This document shows, piece by piece, positions 44,195-50,359 of a stretch of 50,359 bases of DNA (the first letter of the stretch is position 1; every line of letters starts with the position of its first letter). The notes beneath the pieces were generated by a model, which searched no databases, was not told the DNA's origin, and saw only the letters and a list, made by a program, of their open reading frames with translations. Source of the stretch: an uncultured Leptospirales bacterium (GTDB taxonomy: Bacteria > Spirochaetota > UBA4802 > UBA5550). The stretch covers positions 1 through 50,359 of the forward strand of contig CAZKPR010000005.1 in the NCBI GenBank assembly GCA_964554685.1, written 5' to 3'. A program made the position numbers and the translations under genes.

Positions 44195-46984
44195 ATGAAC
44201 TGGCACTATAGCATAGTCTATCTCTCAAGCCTTGGGATTGCCATGGTAGTGCTCATTATGATCGCCGCCTATTCAGTGCGTCATCGGGATGTCGCGGGCG
44301 CCACCAGTTTCGCCATCTTTTCATTGATGGCGCTCGTGGGAAGCGCGATCGAGTCTCTCTCCATCGTAATCGGAACTCCTGAAGCCGCGAACTTCCTGCA
44401 GAACATGCGCTTTCTACCCCTTTCCGGTATTCCAGTCGCATGGCTCATTTTTACCATCCAGTACACCAGAAAGGAAATAACCATCACGCCTTTAAGAATA
44501 ACGGCCCTACTGCTTGTTCCGATCGCCACCCAGGTGATGGTATGGACCAACGGGCTTCACGGGCTCATGCTGCAGCGCTATCCCGACTACATCAGGGCAG
44601 GCCACTTTCTTATTCCCGACATGGCCACGAGGATACCCGGGCCGTGGTTCTGGTTCCACCTCATCTACAGCTATTCCTGCCTTCTCCTCGGAATCATCTT
44701 CATTATAATGATGTCAATTAGAGCGAAGAGGATATACAGGCGCCAGGCCACCGCGCTATGGGTCGGAACGCTTATCATTCTCGTGGGCTCCGCCATTCCG
44801 ATTTTCAATCCCTTCCCATGGTTAAAGATCAATCCGATCAACCAGAGCCTGGCACTGAGCACCCTTATCTTTGCGTGGGCCATCTTCCGCTACCGGCTTC
44901 TCGACCTTGCTCCCGTGGCGCGGGAACGGCTGGTCGACTCAATGGACGACGCGATGTTCGTGGTGGACCGGGGCAATAGAATTGTCGACCTTAACCCCGC
45001 GATGCGGAGACTCATCGGGCTGGGCTTCGCCTCGGCGGGAAGGACCGCGCCCGAAAAAATGGTGGGAATGAGCGCGGGCGAGGTGCTCTATCCATGGCGC
45101 AATCTTATACAGCGATTCAGGGATGATTCAGAACTCAAGACCGAGATCTCCGCCATGATCGGCGATGAAGAACGATATTTCGACCTTCACATCTTCCCAC
45201 TGGCCGATACCCGGGGGGAAGCCGTGGAGCGCATGGCCGTACTCCGCGACATCACCCCCCGGAGAAAGATGGAGCTGGCCCTCAGGGAGAAGACCCATCA
45301 GCTCAACGAGCGTCTCAAGGAGCTGAACTGCCTGTACGGGGTTACCGAGATCATGAGGACACCGGGGATTTCACTCGATGATATCATCCGGCGGACAATC
45401 GAAATAATGCCCCCGGCATGGCAGTATCCGGAGATCGCCTCGGCGCGCATGGTCCTTGACGGCCGGGAGTTCACGACAGGGCCCTGTGACAATGCACGGT
45501 GGGCGCAGTCGGCCGATATCGTGGTGGACAACGCAGTGCGCGGCTCCCTTTCCGTCTGTTATCGGGAGGAGCGCCCCCCGTCTGACGAGGGCCCCTTCCT
45601 CTCCCAGGAGCGCGACCTCCTGGACGCGATAGCCGAACGCACGGGAAAGATTATCGAGCGCCGGTCATCGGAAGAAAGCCTGCGGCTCAGCAAGGCCCGC
45701 CTCGAGGCGCTTCATGAAATGGAGCACATGGCATTCGAATCGGAGCGGGCCCTCGTCGAGCATGCCCTCGAGGAGGAGGTGCGGCTCACGGGGAGCGAGA
45801 TCGGGTATTTCCATTTTTTAACAGAGAACCAGAAAAGCCTGGAGCTCTACGCCTGGTCGAAACGCACAATGGAAACCTGCACCGTCTCCCCGGACCGCCA
45901 CTATCCCCTCGACCGGGCCGGTGTGTGGGCCGACTGCGCGCGGCTCAGGAGACCGGTGATCCACAACGACTACCAGGCCCTGCCTGAGAAGAAGGGCTAC
46001 CCGGAAGGCCACAGCCCCATCCGCCGCCACCTCAGCGTCCCCATCATCAACGACGGTAATGTCCTCGCCATATCCGGCGTGGCCAACAAATCCGCGCCCT
46101 ACAACGAAACGGACGTGCTCCACCTGGAGCTCTTCATGCACGGCGTGTGGCGGATCCTGGAGCGAAGACGCGCCATCGAGGAAAAGGACGCCCTTCTCGG
46201 GATTCTCGAAGAGAAGGAACTGAACCTCAGAAACCGGAACGAGCGGATGGAGCTCGACCTGATGATCGCACAGTCAGCACAGAAATCCTTCGTGCGCAGG
46301 AACACGCCCGCCTGCGACTTTCTCCGCGTGGATTTCCGCTATGTCCCGCTTGAAAGGGTGGGAGGCGACTACTTCTCGTTTTTCAAATCCGGGGAGGACC
46401 GCCTGGCCTTTTTCATCTGCGACGTGTCGGGCCACGGCGTCGCCGCCGCCCTCTTCACCGCCATGATCCGGTCGATGTCGGACAGGCTTTTTACCGAAAT
46501 GGGGGACAACCCGACGGGATTTCTCGAGACGCTCAACAGGGAGCTCCTGGATTACATATCGTCGAATTTCGTCACCGCGATTTACGGAATCTTCGAGCGC
46601 CCCGATGGAGCGGGAAACGTGCGCCTTCGCTTCGCCAGCGGCGGCCATGTTCCTCCGGTTATCATGCGCAATGGCGGAGAGATATCCTTTACCGGAGGAT
46701 CCGGGATGATCATGGGCGTCAAGGAGGAGGTCAGCTACCAGCTCATAGAGGAGGACCTCGAGCCGGGCGATCGTTTTTACCTCTACACGGACGGCATCCC
46801 CGAGACCGTCAATAACCGGAAGGAGATGATAGGCTTCGCCAAGGGCCTCCTGGAGCTGTTCCGCGCATCAATTCGTGAATCCCTGGGTGAATCACTTGAT
46901 GGTGTTCTGGAAGAGATGGCGCGGTTCAGGAACGGAGCGGAGCCCGGAGACGACATTACCCTCATCGGTTTCGAGACCATCTGA
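44195..46984 (+). CDS. 7TM-sensor / PAS / GAF / PP2C (SpoIIE-family) serine phosphatase
   Basis: 929 aa. Seven N-terminal helices of the histidine-kinase 7TM type. PAS (FVVDRGNRIVDLNPA). Two GAF-like regions. C-terminal VGGDYFSFF, FICDVSGHGVAAALFTAM, LYTDGIPE, GDDITLIGFE. Confidence 0.85.
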   Translation: MNWHYSIVYLSSLGIAMVVLIMIAAYSVRHRDVAGATSFAIFSLMALVGSAIESLSIVIGTPEAANFLQNMRFLPLSGIPVAWLIFTIQYTRKEITITPLRITALLLVPIATQVMVWTNGLHGLMLQRYPDYIRAGHFLIPDMATRIPGPWFWFHLIYSYSCLLLGIIFIIMMSIRAKRIYRRQATALWVGTLIILVGSAIPIFNPFPWLKINPINQSLALSTLIFAWAIFRYRLLDLAPVARERLVDSMDDAMFVVDRGNRIVDLNPAMRRLIGLGFASAGRTAPEKMVGMSAGEVLYPWRNLIQRFRDDSELKTEISAMIGDEERYFDLHIFPLADTRGEAVERMAVLRDITPRRKMELALREKTHQLNERLKELNCLYGVTEIMRTPGISLDDIIRRTIEIMPPAWQYPEIASARMVLDGREFTTGPCDNARWAQSADIVVDNAVRGSLSVCYREERPPSDEGPFLSQERDLLDAIAERTGKIIERRSSEESLRLSKARLEALHEMEHMAFESERALVEHALEEEVRLTGSEIGYFHFLTENQKSLELYAWSKRTMETCTVSPDRHYPLDRAGVWADCARLRRPVIHNDYQALPEKKGYPEGHSPIRRHLSVPIINDGNVLAISGVANKSAPYNETDVLHLELFMHGVWRILERRRAIEEKDALLGILEEKELNLRNRNERMELDLMIAQSAQKSFVRRNTPACDFLRVDFRYVPLERVGGDYFSFFKSGEDRLAFFICDVSGHGVAAALFTAMIRSMSDRLFTEMGDNPTGFLETLNRELLDYISSNFVTAIYGIFERPDGAGNVRLRFASGGHVPPVIMRNGGEISFTGGSGMIMGVKEEVSYQLIEEDLEPGDRFYLYTDGIPETVNNRKEMIGFAKGLLELFRASIRESLGESLDGVLEEMARFRNGAEPGDDITLIGFETI

Positions 46985-47189
46985 TCCTATCATCAACGCA
47001 TATTGTATCAGATACCTCTTTCAACGCGTCCAATATAATCCCGAAGCACCAAAGGATTCCATGGCAATAGCGCAAGGCCAACGGGTCAATTATTCCGGGC
47101 CGAGTGATCAATTTGTTCTTGCTATGCGAAAGGATTTCAATCATCATTTGCATGCGAAGGTCGATCAATGATCCGCTCGGAGGGGTGAT

Positions 47190-48398
47190 GTGATCATGAA
47201 AAGAACCGCATGGCACTACGTTCTCATGCTGGCGGCGGCATCGATGATGGCGCCGCCGATACTCTCCGCCCAGTCCATCCCCGAAATTACCGCCCCGGTG
47301 AACGACTACGCGGACATCATCACGCCGGACCAGGAAAAGAAATTGAGCGGCATGATTGCGGCTCACAGGGAAAAGACCGGGGTGCAGATCGCGGTCCTGA
47401 CGGTGCGCACCACGGGAGGAATCCCCATCGAGGAGTTCTCGCTAACTACCGCCGAAAAGTGGGGCGGCGGAACCAGAGAACGGGACGACGGCCTCCTCTT
47501 CACCGTGGCCGTGGATGACCGGCGCATGCGGATCGAGGTGGGCTACGGCCTCGAGGGGCACGTCACCGACGTCAGGGCCGGTCGGATGCTCGACGGGATC
47601 AGGGACGATTTCAGGAACACTAATTATGATCAGGGAATCGAAAAGGTGGTTTCGCAGATCACCGCCGCCACGGAGGAGCTGCGGCCCGGGGTGAAGCCGG
47701 CTGCACCGGCCAGGGTCCGCGGGGCGTTCTTGAATTTCCTTTCCCGGTTCCACATCATCTATGCCCTCATGGGGGCGCTCGTCGGGAGCCTCTTCATCTA
47801 CAGGAAAAGCCTGGGGGACCGCACGATCGTCATCGGCGGGAAGCCCTCTTCCGGGCGGCGGGGCAGATCCTCCCGGAAAAAACTTCGAGAAAGAAAAAGC
47901 GCAAGGCCCCGCAGGGGAAAGTTTCCCCTCTGGCTCACCATACTGATGTTCATCGTGATTCTCGCTCTCCTGCCTGTGCTCATCCAGCTCTACCTCCCCG
48001 GGGTCTTCCACTGGGCGCCGGTGCTCTTCATCACCGGCGCGCTTGCCGGCATGGGCGTGACCGAGAGCCTGATGTCCCCGCCGCCGAGGACGGGGGCGAT
48101 CCTGAGGGCCGCCATCCCTGCGTCGCTGAGCCTCATCGGCATCATCATCGGCCTTCACGTGTTCAGGGCAGTTGCGGACACGACGACCACACACGAATCG
48201 ATTTTAATAGTGTTGCTTGTGCATACGAACATTTTCCAGTTGATATTCTTCTTAATGGGTTTCTGCGACAGTGGCAACGGTGGCGGTGGTGGCAGTTCCT
48301 GGAGCGACTCCTCCTCATCATCGAGCGATTCCGGCGGCTCTTCCGATTCAGGGGGCGGGGGAGACTTCGGCGGCGGCGGGGCGTCGTCGGACTGGTAG
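47190..48398 (+). CDS. TPM-domain (TLP18.3/Psb32/MOLO-1, YgcG-like) membrane protein, copy 1
   Basis: Signal peptide. VNDYADIITPDQEKKLS...GVQIAVLTV, RDDGLLFTVAVDDRRMRIEVGYGLEG. Basic linker, 3-4 TM helices, Ser/Gly-rich tail ending GGGGASSDW. The start is GTG 47190 or ATG 47196. Confidence 0.8.
   Translation: MIMKRTAWHYVLMLAAASMMAPPILSAQSIPEITAPVNDYADIITPDQEKKLSGMIAAHREKTGVQIAVLTVRTTGGIPIEEFSLTTAEKWGGGTRERDDGLLFTVAVDDRRMRIEVGYGLEGHVTDVRAGRMLDGIRDDFRNTNYDQGIEKVVSQITAATEELRPGVKPAAPARVRGAFLNFLSRFHIIYALMGALVGSLFIYRKSLGDRTIVIGGKPSSGRRGRSSRKKLRERKSARPRRGKFPLWLTILMFIVILALLPVLIQLYLPGVFHWAPVLFITGALAGMGVTESLMSPPPRTGAILRAAIPASLSLIGIIIGLHVFRAVADTTTTHESILIVLLVHTNIFQLIFFLMGFCDSGNGGGGGSSWSDSSSSSSDSGGSSDSGGGGDFGGGGASSDW
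47295..47618 (+). repeat. tandem-duplication core, copy 1 (pairs with 48536-48859)
   Basis: The roughly 324-nt TPM-domain cores align without gaps and agree at most positions by eye. This includes an identical run gaacgggacgacggcctcctcttcaccgtggccgtg in both copies. Confidence 0.8.
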
Positions 48399-48436
48399 CG
48401 GCCGGGCAATGAACTTCACGGAGAGGTGACCCTTTC

Positions 48437-49567
48437 ATGACAAAAATCGCACGCCGATTTTCATTGCTCCTCGCGATATCATCGCTGCTTCTTCCGGCGG
48501 TAGCGGACGCCCGGGCCTTTCCCGCCATCAGGCGCCCGGTGAACGACTACGCCGGAATCATTCCCCCGGCGCAGGAGCACGCCCTGGCCGGCATGATCGT
48601 CGCCCACCGCACAAAGACCGGGATCCAGATGGCGGTCCTGACCGTGGGCACCACGGGAGGAATGCCCATCGAGGAGTTCTCCCTGAAGACAGCCGAACAG
48701 TGGGGCGGCGGGACAAAAGAACGGGACGACGGCCTCCTCTTCACCGTGGCCGTGTATGACCGGCGCATGCGCATCGAGGTGGGCTACGGCCTCGAGGGGT
48801 ACATCACCGACCTGAAGGCCGGGAGGATCCTCGATGACATACGGGACGATTTCAGGAGCTACCAGTACGGCCGGGGGATCGAAAAGGCGGTGAAGGAAAT
48901 GATCCTCGCCACGGAGGAGGTGCGTCCCGGGGTGGAACCCCCCGCCACGGTGAGGCTCTGGGGGGCCTTCGCCCGCGTGGTGCATCATTACAGCGTCTTC
49001 TTTTTATTCGGCGCCTTCATGGCCGTTCTCCTGATCATTCCCTCCGTCCGGCTGAAGCTCAATCCATGGCTGATCGCCGGAGCGACGATTCTTCTCTTAA
49101 TAGGAGTCCCGATCCTCCTCCAGTTGTACCTGCACGGGGCCTGGTACTGGACCCCCTTCGCGTATGTCACCGGGTTCTTCGCGGGCACGGGGTTTATCGC
49201 AGCCCTCATGTGGCCGAAGACGATAGTAATGAAAATAATCGCCACGGTTTTTACCGCCATCCCCGCCCTGGCGAGCCTGGCATCGATCGTGTACCTCCTC
49301 GAGGTCCTGAAGCCGGCGATGGTCGGCACGACGGAGAACGAAACGCTGCTTCTGGGAATACTTATCGGCACCAACATGCTCCAGTTCTTCATCCTTGCCG
49401 GAATCGCCGCCGCATGCTCCGAAGGCGGGGGTTCCTACTCCGACAGCGGCACCTCGTCATCCTCATGGAGCAGCGACACCTCCTCCTCATCGGGCGGCTC
49501 GAATGACACGTCATGGTCGGGAAGCGGCGGCTCCTTCGGCGGTGGCGGGGCCTCCTCGTCATGGTAG
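48437..49567 (+). CDS. TPM-domain (YgcG-like) membrane protein, copy 2 (tandem paralogue)
   Basis: Same architecture: VNDYAGIIPPAQEHALA, RDDGLLFTVAVYDRRMRIEVGYGLEG, TM block, tail ending GGGGASSSW. Confidence 0.8.
   Translation: MTKIARRFSLLLAISSLLLPAVADARAFPAIRRPVNDYAGIIPPAQEHALAGMIVAHRTKTGIQMAVLTVGTTGGMPIEEFSLKTAEQWGGGTKERDDGLLFTVAVYDRRMRIEVGYGLEGYITDLKAGRILDDIRDDFRSYQYGRGIEKAVKEMILATEEVRPGVEPPATVRLWGAFARVVHHYSVFFLFGAFMAVLLIIPSVRLKLNPWLIAGATILLLIGVPILLQLYLHGAWYWTPFAYVTGFFAGTGFIAALMWPKTIVMKIIATVFTAIPALASLASIVYLLEVLKPAMVGTTENETLLLGILIGTNMLQFFILAGIAAACSEGGGSYSDSGTSSSSWSSDTSSSSGGSNDTSWSGSGGSFGGGGASSSW
48536..48859 (+). repeat. tandem-duplication core, copy 2 (pairs with 47295-47618)
   Basis: See copy 1. 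The flanking TM and tail regions have diverged much more than the core. Confidence 0.8.
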
Positions 49568-49615
49568 CCGGCAGTGGAGTATTAATGCCCGCCGCCGGTA
49601 CCGAAGGGAAATTGA

Positions 49616-50272
49616 ATGACAGATGACGGGTGGAGCATCAACGCTGATCAGCGGGACGCGGCGCTGCGTAAGCTGAGAACATCCCGCCAGACGATCGCCC
49701 TCACCGGAGCCGGCATTTCCACCGCGAGCGGGATTCCCGATTTCCGCGGCGCACACGGGATGTGGAAGAGCCTCGACCCTTCCGTTTACGCCCACATCGA
49801 GACGTTCAGGAAAACGCCGGCCGCCGTATGGGAGCTGGCCCTGCGCCTCCGCGCCATGGCCCTCGCGGCGGAACCGAACCCCGCCCACCGGGCCCTGGCG
49901 GCCATGGAGAAGGCCGGCTTTCTCCAGGGCGTGATAACGCAAAACATCGACAACCTTCACCGACGGGCAGGGAGCCGGGTCGTCATCGAATATCACGGGT
50001 CGATTGACCGCGCGGAATGCCCCGCCTGCGGAACCGCCACGACCGCCATCGGTGATACCCCGCCGAGGTGCGAGGGGTGCGGCCAAATCATGAAACCGGG
50101 ATTTACGCTTTTCGGCGAGGCTGTTCCTCCGGCCGCCTTTCTCGAGGCCCGCAACCTCGCGTCCTATTCCGATCTGTTCATGGTAATCGGCACGTCGGCC
50201 CTGGTCCAGCCCGCGGCGGACCTCCCCTTCATCGCCAGGGAACAGGGGGCCTATATTATTGAAATGAATTAA
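49616..50272 (+). CDS. cobB: NAD-dependent protein deacylase (sirtuin, CobB/Sir2 family), apparently lacking the usual last ~30 residues
   Basis: TGAGISTASGIPDFRG, QNIDNLH, HG, Zn ribbon CPACG...CEGCG, GTSALVQPAA. Ends ...YIIEMN-TAA, where homologues continue with an ExT...G..GE.L segment. Confidence 0.8.
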   Translation: MTDDGWSINADQRDAALRKLRTSRQTIALTGAGISTASGIPDFRGAHGMWKSLDPSVYAHIETFRKTPAAVWELALRLRAMALAAEPNPAHRALAAMEKAGFLQGVITQNIDNLHRRAGSRVVIEYHGSIDRAECPACGTATTAIGDTPPRCEGCGQIMKPGFTLFGEAVPPAAFLEARNLASYSDLFMVIGTSALVQPAADLPFIAREQGAYIIEMN

Positions 50273-50359
50273 GGGACCACCGGTATCACCAATTATATTA
50301 CCTAATGCTTTAACAAGGGGCCCCTGGAAAACCCCATCCATACCCACCCGGCGTCGATG

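Noticed and set aside
49616-50272. SIR2-domain protein as part of an anti-phage defence system (Thoeris/DSR-like)
   Set aside because: It is a small canonical sirtuin with an intact NAD and Zn-ribbon motif set and no fused sensor or effector domain. The neighbours (TPM proteins) are not known defence partners.
1-50359. CRISPR arrays, tRNA/rRNA genes, IS elements, integrases, prophage genes
   Set aside because: Scanning the intergenic regions and all ORF translations found no regularly spaced repeats, cloverleaf-like segments, DDE/tyrosine recombinase motifs or terminal inverted repeats. The only DNA-level repeat found is the TPM gene duplication.

Overview
High-GC segment (single 60-nt lines counted by hand: about 67% G+C in typical genes, 48% in one gene, 17% in one spacer). 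It comes from a diderm bacterium, judged by a beta-barrel OMP, a LolA-like protein, an RND pump and several lipobox proteins. I recognised no rRNA, tRNA, CRISPR array, transposase, integrase or phage gene. About 35 protein genes are supported. From 0 to 24 kb they are mostly housekeeping, signalling and envelope genes: partial ADP-forming acyl-CoA synthetase, hybrid histidine kinase, class II B12 ribonucleotide reductase, STAS protein, TPR plus lipoprotein pair, Zn peptidase, OMP, YihY, TetR-AbfD-MFS, class III cyclase, PlsC, DUF4139 protein, an FGE/SUMF1 lipoprotein on a low-GC patch, and an ion transporter. The standout region is 24.3-44.1 kb. It holds an RND permease with no adaptor or outer-membrane partner, tightly followed by biotin ligase BirA. 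Next comes a 1950-aa single-polypeptide biotin carboxylase-BCCP-linker-carboxyltransferase with eukaryote-like ACC architecture. Then come two divergent, tightly packed operons. One encodes ACP, a fused KS/CLF-like condensing enzyme, a B12-radical SAM enzyme and a NodB-deacetylase/methyltransferase fusion. The other encodes a hotdog dehydratase, FabG-type reductase, LolA-like carrier, a lipoprotein, a second B12-radical SAM enzyme and a small unknown protein. I read this as a dedicated, probably uncharacterised envelope-lipid or polyketide-like pathway related in logic to aryl-polyene and ladderane-type type II FAS/PKS clusters, but without aryl starter genes. The last 6 kb holds a 7TM-PAS-GAF-PP2C sensor phosphatase, two tandem TPM-domain paralogues and a sirtuin that looks C-terminally truncated at the window edge. 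Start codons were refined by eye from RBS and homology logic and are less certain than the stops.
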